Positions 28,025 to 37,631 of a stretch of 64,000 bases of DNA are shown in pieces; the first letter of the stretch is position 1, and every line of letters starts with the position of its first letter. Source of the DNA: Cyanobacteria bacterium P01_F01_bin.150 (lineage in GTDB: Bacteria > Cyanobacteriota > Cyanobacteriia > CAKZMO01). A model generated the notes under the pieces. That model was not told the origin of the DNA. It saw only the letters and a program-made list of their open reading frames with translations, and made no database searches. Location: positions 1-64,000 of the forward strand of contig JBCCYL010000015.1 in assembly GCA_039189765.1 (NCBI GenBank). The letters run 5' to 3'. The position numbers were made by a program, and so were the translations under genes.

Positions 28025-30724
28025 CTATAGCCAGTTCCCCAATAAGACAAAGGGAGACCAATAGACCGGTGCCCGATAATCTGGATCGCGTAACAAGGCT
28101 AGCTGCGCCCGTCGCAGTGCTTCAGCTTTAGAAATCGTGTCATTGGCTAGCTCAGTGTAGAGGTGACTCATTAACCAAGCCGTTGATTGATCATCCACGC
28201 TCCACAGGGACGCCAAAGTACTCCGTACGCCAGCTCGGACTGCAATCCCCGCTAGCCCTAATACGGCTCGATCATCTCCCGTAGCGGTTTCACAAGCACT
28301 CATAATCAGGAGTTCAATGGGCGTTAATCTTGTCAAATCACCCGTGCGCAAAATATCACTTAGCTCACCCACTTTAATCGGTTTATCCCATGCCAAAATA
28401 AACGTTTCGTCCGCATTGGAACTAAACTGGCCATGGGTGGCCAGATGAACAATGGGAAAGGGCAGCTTTTTGATTTGCTCCTGGAGCGTGTCGCTAGTAA
28501 ATCGTTGATTTAGAAGGATACGGCTAGGAATAGTGGATTTAACCGTGTCTAACTCCAGCCCCACATTGTCCAATGCCGTAAATCCATGGCGAGACTCCGT
28601 CAAGCCAGCACCTAGAACTTTGACGCTTTGACGCCTTAAAGACTGAGGATTAAGCAACTGTAGCCCTGGCGTCAGCGCCACCTGATAGTCTTCAATCAGA
28701 TAGTGCTCCCCATCAAACAGAGCCGCCATGGGAATTTCCCGTAATGTTCCATCCAAAATAAATACAAGTGTCTTAACCTGCGTTTGGGCTAATTCATTCT
28801 CAATGGGACGAATGAGCCAGTTATAGACCTCTTGCCCCAGGTCTTTGCCTTCTGGGGCTGGAAAAGGGCGAGTCAAACTATAAAGTAATCGATTAACAAT
28901 TTTTTCAAAATGCTTATGGGACACTGGAACCGTATGATGCGTTAAGGGTTGGTTGGGCAAACTCACAATCACTTCAAGCCGTTGATTGACCTCCTCAGAA
29001 GACGGATCGCCCAGGACAATGGGATAAATTACTGCGGTGTCCGTTTGATCTACGTCGTCAATGGCAATAGCTTGTCCTTCTATGCAGGTCGATTGAAAAA
29101 AGTTGCTCAACTCTGCTAGCTGGAGGGACTCAATCACCTGGCGGGCTTGCTGAAGCGTAGCGGGTGAGATATCGACGGCTGGGTCCAGAAGCAAATCGAC
29201 GTATTCACGATAGACAGGCTCCACCTCTTCCTTAAAGGAAAACTGCCGATCCAGAGTTGAAGACACCAGATCATATCGGAGAGATTTTAGCGATTCAAAC
29301 GCCGCTTTATAGGCCGATAGGGCATCGGCCTGATTGCCTTGGCGTTTGAGAATGCGGGCTAGCTGCCACTGCCACTGATAGATAATGTCGGTGGCATCAA
29401 GACCTTGGGCTAGAACTAACGCCTCCTGGGTTAGTTTGTTGGCATCGGCCCACTGAGCGGCCTGTTCATATATATTGCCCAGGTACCCCGTGGCATAGGT
29501 TTCGGCATAGCGATCGCCACTCTGTCTTGCTTGTTGAACGGTCTCTGCCAATAGCTCAACGGCTAACGCCTGCCTATCCTTTGGCTCAGGAAACTGGCTC
29601 AAATAATGGGCAAAGCGAATACGGCTATATAACGTCGAACGGCTGGGGGCCAGCAACTGGACCTGCCGCTGAATTTTTGCAGCCAACGGCTCGGCCTCAG
29701 GCCAATTGGCCATTTTCACCAAGAGTCCCAGTTCGCTAAGCTGAGCCTGGATATGGGAGGCGACTGGGCCATGGATACTAGTCGCGTGACGATAATGATC
29801 CAGGGCGTCATCAAGAGCTAGCTCAGTTTCAGCAATCTGTCCCAGACTAATTAGCAATGCCGACTGTTCACTAATCATCCCATGGCGTTGAGCTAATGTA
29901 AGTCCCTCGGTTAATACCTGTTTGGCGGTTGTATGCTCCCCAATAGCATGCAGAACATCGCCTAAACTGTGAAATCCCAGGACCTGTAACGTGACGTTGA
30001 TTTCCTTCTCCAGACTAGCTTTTGCCTGGGCCAACGTATCGTGGGCCTGCGAAAAATAGCCCAAAGCCTGAAGGCCACGTGCCTGATTAATCAGACTGCC
30101 AACGTATCGCTGGGTTTCATCAGCCTGCTGGTAAAAAGATCCGGACTGTTGCCATGCTTCAAGGGCCTCGTTTACGTTTCCCCTGGCAAAGGCTAAACTC
30201 CCTTGCGTATTCAAGATCTGCCCGCCGATAATCCACTGATTACGGCGGGTGGATGGACCTTGATTTGTCTCTGGAAATAAGCTTATTTCTGTGAAGGGAT
30301 TCGTTTCTGTAAGTAAACTCGCTCCTGTGAATTGCTCAAATGCCTCCATACTTTGGGTAATGGCTGCGTCCGCCTGAGACCATTGCCCTAATGCTTGGTG
30401 AGCCAGGGATAGGTAGCTGAGGGCAAGACTGTAGTTGAGGCGATCGCCAGCGGTCTGGGCCATCTCTGTAGCAAGGGTCCACGTCTCTAGGGCCTGATCA
30501 AACTGCCCTTCAGAATACTGAGTCCGTCCATAACTCAGTATGGCAGATAGGTTGTGCTCAATGGCCGAAGCCTTAACACCATAGGAATCAACCGGCCTAG
30601 TTGTGTCTGTAGTCCTGTGGTAAGTCGGAATGATGGCTTCCATCGCTCGGCCATTGGCCGCAAGACCAATAACTAAACAGAAACTAATAAAAAAGTAGAT
30701 GATGCCAGAAACCCAGCGAGCCAT
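28025..30724 (-). CDS. TPR-CHAT domain protein (caspase-like protease) with N-terminal signal/TM segment
   Basis: TPR helices; CHAT motifs HLATHGQF, LIMSACETATGD, ASLWSVDD and YWSPFVLLGNWL. Confidence 0.93.
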   Translation of the reverse strand: MARWVSGIIYFFISFCLVIGLAANGRAMEAIIPTYHRTTDTTRPVDSYGVKASAIEHNLSAILSYGRTQYSEGQFDQALETWTLATEMAQTAGDRLNYSLALSYLSLAHQALGQWSQADAAITQSMEAFEQFTGASLLTETNPFTEISLFPETNQGPSTRRNQWIIGGQILNTQGSLAFARGNVNEALEAWQQSGSFYQQADETQRYVGSLINQARGLQALGYFSQAHDTLAQAKASLEKEINVTLQVLGFHSLGDVLHAIGEHTTAKQVLTEGLTLAQRHGMISEQSALLISLGQIAETELALDDALDHYRHATSIHGPVASHIQAQLSELGLLVKMANWPEAEPLAAKIQRQVQLLAPSRSTLYSRIRFAHYLSQFPEPKDRQALAVELLAETVQQARQSGDRYAETYATGYLGNIYEQAAQWADANKLTQEALVLAQGLDATDIIYQWQWQLARILKRQGNQADALSAYKAAFESLKSLRYDLVSSTLDRQFSFKEEVEPVYREYVDLLLDPAVDISPATLQQARQVIESLQLAELSNFFQSTCIEGQAIAIDDVDQTDTAVIYPIVLGDPSSEEVNQRLEVIVSLPNQPLTHHTVPVSHKHFEKIVNRLLYSLTRPFPAPEGKDLGQEVYNWLIRPIENELAQTQVKTLVFILDGTLREIPMAALFDGEHYLIEDYQVALTPGLQLLNPQSLRRQSVKVLGAGLTESRHGFTALDNVGLELDTVKSTIPSRILLNQRFTSDTLQEQIKKLPFPIVHLATHGQFSSNADETFILAWDKPIKVGELSDILRTGDLTRLTPIELLIMSACETATGDDRAVLGLAGIAVRAGVRSTLASLWSVDDQSTAWLMSHLYTELANDTISKAEALRRAQLALLRDPDYRAPVYWSPFVLLGNWL

Positions 30725-30911
30725 GGAGCATTATCCTTGATGAGTATGGCAGTCACCCATTTGCTAAAGAGCTGAGCCAGCCTTGCTTGAAAGATGATTC
30801 TCCTCACTATCTCAAAGGATGGGACAATCAGGACCCAAAACCGTGCAAAATTTAATCCTTTGCAGGTCGTCTAGAACCGGAAGAACTCACTTGATATTAA
30901 GCTTAACCCAA

Positions 30912-30959
30912 AAACGCCCAAACGCTAAAACGCCCAAACGCCCAAACGCCCAAACTCTA
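30912..30959. repeat. Octamer tandem repeat (AAACGCCC-like) x6
   Basis: AAACGCCC/AAACGCTA units at the 3' end of the aldehyde dehydrogenase gene. Confidence 0.85.
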
Positions 30960-32375
30960 AAACCACCAAGGATCAACCACAGCAGCAATCTTGGCCAAAA
31001 AGACTTGCTTGCGCATAAATCGCTGGATAGATGCTGGTCCCATGCGAGAACCTCCCAGTCCCGATCGCTTAAATGCGTTTTTTTCACCTTCATGGACCAG
31101 GGCTGTCAGGCCAGCATCGTTAAGGCTAATGGCTCCAGCTTGCAGATGTTGCCCCACAAGCTGGGCGTCATCGGGGGAACTCGCAAAAACTGCCGCGCTA
31201 AGACCGTAAACCGTATCATTTGCCAAGGAAATGGCCTGCGCAACCTTATCAAACGTCATTACCGGCATAATGGGGCCAAAGGTTTCCTCGGTCATTATTG
31301 CCATAGTGTGATTAACCTGGGTCAGCACCGTGGGCCGTAGCCACAGACCTCCTCCCCATTCTTCAATGGTGCCACCACACTGGACAATGGCTCCCTTATC
31401 CAAGGCATCCTGTAAATGGCTCCTAATCAGAGCCGCTTGGGATTCGGCAATAATGGGACCAATCTGACCGCTGTCAGGTTCAGGGTAGGCAAGGTCAAGC
31501 TGTTTAGCTTTACTGACCAAGGATTCAACAAAGCGATCGCCAATGGTTCCATCCACATAAATCCGTTCAATAGACAAACAAGACTGTCCAGCATTAACCA
31601 CCGACCCCCACAGCACCGCAGTAGCTGCCTGCTCCACATTCGCTGAGGCTAAAACAATGGCGGGATCTTTGCCCCCCAGCTCCAAAAACGCAGGAATCAT
31701 TCGTTTTGCCGCCGCCATAGCCACGGTTTTCCCCGTCGCGACACTACCGGTAAAGCAGACCAGATCTACGACATCGACCAAAGCAGCCCCCGTTTCCCCT
31801 GCTCCTTCAATATAGGTGAGAACTGATTGGAGAGAGGGGACGGAGGCGATCGCCTCCATCATGACCTGAATAAATCGAGGAGCAATTTCACTGGGTTTCA
31901 CCACCACAGCACAACCCGCCAGCAATGCGGGAACCGTATCGATAGTGGAGAGCAACAGGGGAAAATTCCAGGGACTGATCACCCCCACCAAGCCATAGGG
32001 GACAAGCTGGGGCCGTAGCTGAATAAACGGAATAGCGGCGTTTTTTGTTGGGGCTGGAGCAATCAGATCTGGAGTCAGTCCACACCAGCGATCCAGACCT
32101 GAGAGAAACGAGTCCACCTCCAAGATCGATTCAGAGAGGCGGCCCGTATCTGTCACCAGTGCCTGAATCAAGGCGTCTTTGCGCTTTACCAACGCCTGTT
32201 TCCACGCCTGCAAAGCTGCAATCCGATGGGCCACACCTTTTGTCTGCCAACCCTGCTGCTCTTGGCGTAAACGGTCACAGATGGCAGTTAGCTGCTCCGG
32301 GGTAGGCGGGGTAATCTGATAGTCCAAACACCCTGTGCGAGGATTGCGCACGGCAATAGCTTTAGTCATATCCAA
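30957..32375 (-). CDS. Aldehyde dehydrogenase family protein
   Basis: ISPWNFP, KPSE, FTGS, LELGGKDP, NAGQSC and EETFGP motifs. Confidence 0.95.
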   Translation of the reverse strand: MDMTKAIAVRNPRTGCLDYQITPPTPEQLTAICDRLRQEQQGWQTKGVAHRIAALQAWKQALVKRKDALIQALVTDTGRLSESILEVDSFLSGLDRWCGLTPDLIAPAPTKNAAIPFIQLRPQLVPYGLVGVISPWNFPLLLSTIDTVPALLAGCAVVVKPSEIAPRFIQVMMEAIASVPSLQSVLTYIEGAGETGAALVDVVDLVCFTGSVATGKTVAMAAAKRMIPAFLELGGKDPAIVLASANVEQAATAVLWGSVVNAGQSCLSIERIYVDGTIGDRFVESLVSKAKQLDLAYPEPDSGQIGPIIAESQAALIRSHLQDALDKGAIVQCGGTIEEWGGGLWLRPTVLTQVNHTMAIMTEETFGPIMPVMTFDKVAQAISLANDTVYGLSAAVFASSPDDAQLVGQHLQAGAISLNDAGLTALVHEGEKNAFKRSGLGGSRMGPASIQRFMRKQVFLAKIAAVVDPWWF

Positions 32376-32389
32376 TCACATCCATCTAG

Positions 32390-32467
32390 TCACTCAACTT
32401 TAGACGATTAGAGGGGGCACGGTGCGTTCACTCCACCGTTGATTCTGTTTCGTCTTAAAAAGAAACC
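32390..32467 (-). mobile_element. 78-bp-family miniature element (degenerate)
   Basis: TCAACTTTAG...CCGTTGATTCTGTTTCGTCTTAAAAAGAAACC. Confidence 0.75.
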
Positions 32468-32575
32468 CTGAAATTAAACAACTAACCTTATACAGATGCG
32501 CTAATTTTTAATGACGACCGAATCATCCGCATACTAATCTTCTATTTTCTTTACACATATTGCTTGGTTTTTGTT

Positions 32576-32644
32576 TTAACCCAAAACAAAACTAAGGGTA
32601 GTGGGGATGATTCTCGTCCCCACTACCAGCCCAAAGTTGATACC
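32576..32644 (+). mobile_element. 78-bp-family miniature element
   Basis: GGTAGTGGGGATGA/TCGTCCCCACTACC stem and CCAAAGTTGATACC end. Confidence 0.78.
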
Positions 32645-32663
32645 CTATTTCTCTACAGATAAA

Positions 32664-33494
32664 ATGGCTGAACAGTTTGATGCCCGCGACTGGGTTAAGG
32701 TCCGCAACTCAACCACAGGCGAACAAGTCTTTCTTACCTGGAGTGGCTCCATCTATGCGTTTGTGCCTGGTGAACCCAAGATTCATCTGTTCAATATGGT
32801 GGGCATGAACGTAAGCCGCTGTCTCGACAATCAGGATGAAAGCTGGGATTTTGTTTCACGGGAGCTGAACTATTATCTTGATCCAGAGACCAATGAGATT
32901 TTACATCGCTGGACCAATCCCTGGAATGGGGAAAAAGTCCCGGTAATACATATTGCCAACAACCCAGTGCAGGGACACCAACCCTACCAGGGGAAATATA
33001 AGGCGACGGTAGACGGAGATTTTACGACATTTGCATTTGATCTATTTACGTTCTATCCCAATCCGCTGGCAGATGACGATCGCTTTTTACCCTATAGTCC
33101 CCAGCCGATTTACCAGGCGGTTGAACTGTTTAAGCTAACCGTCCCCACCCAGGAATTACGCCAACCCAACACAACGTCTATTTCCAACGTGATTTTGGGC
33201 TGGAATCGGCTGGGTCCATGGGTTCCCTGGATGAAGATGGGGGACCGGGTGGGTCAGCTAATTTACAGTGCTAGCGGTCGCAAACTGATGGGATTTGAGG
33301 AATTGCCAGACCTTCTACAGCAACAAATCAATACGCGGATTCCCGCCTACCGGTATGCGCCCCAGGCTCGCATAGACTGTAAAAATATTACGTCCTGGCA
33401 GTACTTCAAGCGGCATTTTGACGCGTATCTGGCAGGTGAACAATTTCCTCTGCCGGATGTAATGGGAGCAGCGGACTCGAGTCCGCTGCCCTGA
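32664..33494 (+). CDS. DUF1838 family protein
   Basis: WSGSIYAFVPGE, GMNVSRC, SRELNYYLDP and WVPWMKMGDR motifs; start at ATG 32664 because the upstream extension lies in the repeat. Confidence 0.8.
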   Translation: MAEQFDARDWVKVRNSTTGEQVFLTWSGSIYAFVPGEPKIHLFNMVGMNVSRCLDNQDESWDFVSRELNYYLDPETNEILHRWTNPWNGEKVPVIHIANNPVQGHQPYQGKYKATVDGDFTTFAFDLFTFYPNPLADDDRFLPYSPQPIYQAVELFKLTVPTQELRQPNTTSISNVILGWNRLGPWVPWMKMGDRVGQLIYSASGRKLMGFEELPDLLQQQINTRIPAYRYAPQARIDCKNITSWQYFKRHFDAYLAGEQFPLPDVMGAADSSPLP

Positions 33495-33541
33495 TATGGC
33501 CTACTTGTCCCCTAAATTAGGGGCAAATCGGAGATTACGGA

Positions 33542-33734
33542 TTAGCCTCCAAGCTGAAAGATAACGCCCGGATACTCTCGGTATCCACAGATCTTGTCGC
33601 CTGCGACATCAAAGGAAATAGCCGCCTGGTTTTCATAGGGATGCCCCAACATCAGTTGACAAACCATGGGAAAAGTCTCGGAAAGCAGCCTGGGCAATAT
33701 CAAACGTTTCAGAGCTGGCGGTGGTCACAGACAT
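33542..33734 (-). pseudogene. NTF2/SnoaL-like protein remnant with internal deletion and frameshift
   Basis: MSVTTASSETFDIAQAAFRDFSHGLST in one frame joins LMLGHPYENQAAISFDVAGDKICGYREYPGVIFQLGG* in another; the 193-nt span is not a multiple of 3. Confidence 0.7.
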
Positions 33735-33747
33735 CTTTAAATTCCTT

Positions 33748-33841
33748 TAAGTAGGTAGGCCAAATTAAATTTAGGACCGAGATGGCTGAAATCCTTGCAG
33801 TCTCGTGGTTTATTTGCAAAATAAATGCGCCTACCTACTTA
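33748..33841. mobile_element. MITE-like element with perfect 13-bp terminal inverted repeats
   Basis: TAAGTAGGTAGGC ... GCCTACCTACTTA. Confidence 0.75.
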
Positions 33842-33960
33842 GTGCATTCTCTAATAGTTTCAATAAACTCTGGCTGATATTCAATACGCCATTTTTTCAT
33901 AGGATATGACTGCGATATCTCAGTCGTACAGCTTAGCAATTCGTTTGTGTCGGCTAAACT

Positions 33961-34763
33961 TTAACGTCTAGAGACTTGAAGCACAATTTTACCAACATGC
34001 TTCTTGGCTAAAAATGCTTTTTGGGCACTAACAATATCTTCTAGGGCAAACACTTGGGCAACAAGCGGACGAATGCTGCCATCTGCAATTCGCTTGATTA
34101 AATTGGGAAAGACCTCTGGTTCAAGCACCGTACATCCGAAAAAATTCAGGTCTTTCAGATACAGCGTCCGCACATCCAGTTCCACCAAAGCACCACCAAT
34201 AGCACCGGCAACTGCATAGCGTCCTTTGGGGCGAAGAACGTCTAAATATTCCGACCACTGTTCCCCTGCGACCAAATCAATGACAACATCAATGGAATTC
34301 TGGCCAAGCCTCTCAGTCAGGCTTTCGCCTCTCAGGATAGTGTTGGTCGCACCTATATCCAAAATCGACTGTACTTTTGATACGCTTGTTACGGCAATAA
34401 CCTCAGCGCCTCTTGCTTTAACCAGTTGAACCACAGCAGAACCGACCCCACCTGATGCCCCGGTAACTAAAACGCGATCGCTTTTGCCAAAACGATCTGT
34501 CCACACAAATCTGCACCCTGAATACGGGGAAATTGAATCGGCACGCCACCCCAGCTTGCATCTTCAGCAGCTCTTTCCTTTTTGGAGTACCAGGCTATGC
34601 GAGTATTAATATCCGTATTGTTGACTGCTGCTGTGCTGACTCGACTCAAAACATCATCAGGCTTAACCTGGGGGATGGGAATATCGTGACGAAACTCAAT
34701 TTGATCAAAGCCTCCACGCCCTTTTAGCCAGACACCACGCATCCGTTTCGATGATTTTTTCAT
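33961..34763 (-). pseudogene. MDR (alcohol dehydrogenase / quinone reductase family) pseudogene, split
   Basis: N-terminal part (VNNTDINTR, FPRIQGADLCG) and C-terminal part (VLVTGASGGVG...GKIVL) are in different frames; the segment normally between them is absent. Confidence 0.8.
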
Positions 34764-34778
34764 AGTTGAAACCATCGA

Positions 34779-35090
34779 TTAAACTCTAAATGGCTCTGAT
34801 TTTTCAGTGAAGTGTAACGGTAAGACTCCTTCAACATTTTCCGTTGGGTGAGGCACAATGTAGTGAGCGGTAGCCTCCCCATTCTCAGGGCAATTGTTCG
34901 CAACTGCCAGGCCAGCCTCCATGGCCCTTTTGACTTCAGCCACAGGACCTCGAATCACCACAAACTGATGTCCGCTATCGGCCTGGTTAATCCCCAGAAG
35001 AGAGACTCTACCTGCTTTAACCATGGCATCCGCCGCGACCATCGAAGCTGGATATCCGTGAGTTTCGATTACACCGACAGCGTAAAGCAT
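34779..35090 (-). CDS. ccmK: Carboxysome shell BMC-H protein, orphan CcmK paralog (K3/K6-like)
   Basis: AVGVIETHGYPASMVAADAMVKAGRV, IRGPVAEV, PHPTENVEGVLPLHFTEKSEPFR; 103 aa. Confidence 0.9.
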   Translation of the reverse strand: MLYAVGVIETHGYPASMVAADAMVKAGRVSLLGINQADSGHQFVVIRGPVAEVKRAMEAGLAVANNCPENGEATAHYIVPHPTENVEGVLPLHFTEKSEPFRV

Positions 35091-35287
35091 AGGGAAATAG
35101 TCCTGTTGTAGTTCTTGCTTTCTAAATATACCTGAGACCGACACTCAACATGGCAAGAATGGAACAAAGATGGCGTAGGATCGAGAGTGGCGTTGGTAGC
35201 GCTCTCATTACTGTTGCTTTTATTTAGCCTGCCAAAGAATCCGTTCTCAGCACATCCACATAATAGACCTGTTAAAAGTAGACCCAC

Positions 35288-36052
35288 ATGTTGATGGTAA
35301 TTTCCCCTGCTAAGACTCTAGATTTTAGCGGTAGCCCCTATCCCCACTTCACCCAACCCACCCATATAGAAGATAGTCAAGAACTGATTAATCAGCTCCG
35401 AGAATTCAGTGTGGCGGACATCGGTCAGTTAATGAAAATCAGCGAAAAGCTATCAATCCTCAATCAGCAACGTTACGAAGATTTTCAGACACCATTCACC
35501 CTAGATAACGCTCAACAGGCACTGTTCGTATTCAAAGGTGATGTGTACAAGGGCATTGATATTGATAACTACGATGATGAAGATTTGGCCTTTGCTCAGG
35601 CTCATTTACGAATTTTGTCGGGGCTATATGGCATTTTGCGTCCTCTGGATTTAATGCAAGCCTACAGGCTAGAAATGGGGACCAAGTTGGTTAATAAGCG
35701 CGGCAAAAATCTTTACGAGTTTTGGGGCAATCAAATCTCGGAACAGCTTAATGAGGAATTGGCGCAACAGGTTGAACCCTGGCTGGTAAATCTGGCATCT
35801 AATGAATATTTTAAGGCGATCGCCCCCAAAGCCCTCAATGCCAGATTATTGAACATTGCATTTAAGGAAAATAAAAGCGGCACCTATAAAGTCATTGGCA
35901 TTCACGCTAAACGAGCGAGAGGGCTGATGGTTAATTTCATTATTAAAAATCGGATTGAAACCCCTGAGCCAATAAAGACCTTTGATGTGGAAGGCTATGC
36001 CTTTAACGAAGAGTTATCCACCCCTGACACCTGGACATTCTGTCGAGGATGA
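35288..36052 (+). CDS. yaaA: Peroxide stress protein YaaA
   Basis: ISPAKTLDF, LRILSGLYGILRPLD, YRLEMGTKL, NLASNEY and AKRARG motifs. Confidence 0.95.
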   Translation: MLMVISPAKTLDFSGSPYPHFTQPTHIEDSQELINQLREFSVADIGQLMKISEKLSILNQQRYEDFQTPFTLDNAQQALFVFKGDVYKGIDIDNYDDEDLAFAQAHLRILSGLYGILRPLDLMQAYRLEMGTKLVNKRGKNLYEFWGNQISEQLNEELAQQVEPWLVNLASNEYFKAIAPKALNARLLNIAFKENKSGTYKVIGIHAKRARGLMVNFIIKNRIETPEPIKTFDVEGYAFNEELSTPDTWTFCRG

Positions 36053-36166
36053 TTTTAGTCTCTAAATACTGTGGAGCCATAAATGCCCATGTTAATGAAG
36101 ATAAAGGGACAATTCGCTCTAGAATCATTCAAAGAACCAAAACGAAGACTGATTTAGGAAACCAGC

Positions 36167-37156
36167 ATGGATATTAAAAATGGATTCGTCGGCACAGTTG
36201 GCAATACTCCCCTCATCCGACTAAACAGCTTGAGCGACGAAACTGGCTGTGAAATTTTGGGAAAAGCCGAATTTTTGAATCCAGGAGGGTCGGTAAAAGA
36301 CCGGGCCGCTCTCTATATTATTAAAGATGCCGAAGAAAAAGGATTGCTTAAACCGGGCGGAACGGTTGTAGAAGGCACTGCCGGAAATACAGGCATCGGC
36401 CTTGCTCATATTTGTAATGCCAAAGGCTATAAATGTTTGATCATTATTCCTGAAACCCAATCCCAGGAAAAAATGGATCTGTTACGAACACTAGGGGCAG
36501 AGGTTCGCCCAGTGCCAGCCGTTCCCTATCGCGACCCCAATAACTATGTGAAAATGTCGGGACGCATTGCGGAAGAACTCCCCAATGCGATTTGGGCTAA
36601 TCAGTTTGATAATGTCGCGAATCGGATTGCCCATTATCAAACAACGGGACCAGAAATTTGGGACCAAACGGATGGAAAAGTAGATGCCTGGATCGCAGCG
36701 ACAGGAACAGGTGGGACCTATGCTGGTACATCTATGTTTTTGAAAGAAAAAAATCCTGACGTCAAATGTGTAGTTGCGGATCCAATGGGCAGCGGTATTT
36801 ACAGCTTGGTGAAGACAGGGAACGTAAAAATTGAAGGCCGCTCTATCACCGAAGGAATTGGCAACAGCCGCATTACGGCTAATATGCAGGATGCTCCTGT
36901 TGACGATGCCATCCAAATTGATGACTACGACGCCCTCAAAACCATCTATAAATTAATGGAGAAAGAAGGATTGTTTATGGGAGGGTCCGTAGGTATCAAC
37001 GTTGCAGGCGCCGTAGCCTTGGCAAAGCAAATGGGACCAGGGCATACCATCGTGACAGTGTTATGTGACAGCGGAGCTAGATATCAGTCTCGGATTTTTG
37101 ATAAAAACTGGCTAGTGTCCAAAGACTTCGATCTAGATAAATTAGGGCTACAATAA
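36167..37156 (+). CDS. cysK: Cysteine synthase
   Basis: KAEFLNPGGSVKDR, EGTAGNTG and GTGGT motifs. Confidence 0.9.
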   Translation: MDIKNGFVGTVGNTPLIRLNSLSDETGCEILGKAEFLNPGGSVKDRAALYIIKDAEEKGLLKPGGTVVEGTAGNTGIGLAHICNAKGYKCLIIIPETQSQEKMDLLRTLGAEVRPVPAVPYRDPNNYVKMSGRIAEELPNAIWANQFDNVANRIAHYQTTGPEIWDQTDGKVDAWIAATGTGGTYAGTSMFLKEKNPDVKCVVADPMGSGIYSLVKTGNVKIEGRSITEGIGNSRITANMQDAPVDDAIQIDDYDALKTIYKLMEKEGLFMGGSVGINVAGAVALAKQMGPGHTIVTVLCDSGARYQSRIFDKNWLVSKDFDLDKLGLQ

Positions 37157-37191
37157 GCGGACTATTCATCAATCCACACAAGCATTTTGAG

Positions 37192-37264
37192 GGTTTCTAA
37201 GGCGAAATTAAATTAACGGTAGTGGGGCACGAAGCGCCCCCTCTACCTGCCCAAAGTTAACCCC
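37192..37264 (+). mobile_element. 78-bp-family miniature element with perfect 10-bp TSD
   Basis: GCATTTTGAG at 37182-37191 and 37265-37274; 5-bp deletion in the first hairpin. Confidence 0.9.
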
Positions 37265-37516
37265 GCATTTTGAGTGGGAAGGCATACGATAATTTTCTGC
37301 TCATTTACAACATTGCCGAGCATTGTGTAATCTTGGCTCCGTCCCCCATTGTGCCCAGGGAAAACAAGGCCCTAATCAATATAACGATGTTGCACCATCT
37401 AACGCTTCCATTTCTCCACAACACGGAACTCGTTGGCGATCGCAAGTAGGTGATAAAAATCACTCACACACTTCATTCGATCTTCATCCAATTTGTCCAC
37501 TCCTTACATGTATTTT

Positions 37517-37542
37517 TACTGAGTATCTTTAGATACTCAGTA
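37517..37542. promoter_or_regulatory. Perfect palindrome containing a GTA-N8-TAC (NtcA-type) site
   Basis: TACTGAGTATCT-TT-AGATACTCAGTA; GTATCTTTAGATAC at 37523-37536. Confidence 0.45.
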
Positions 37543-37631
37543 TAGTGGTTATTACTGGCATAGCGATAATGTGCTCCGGATTCTTTCTGAAGTGTAATCG
37601 CTATCTTTGCGGTCTTTAAGGGGATAAACAC

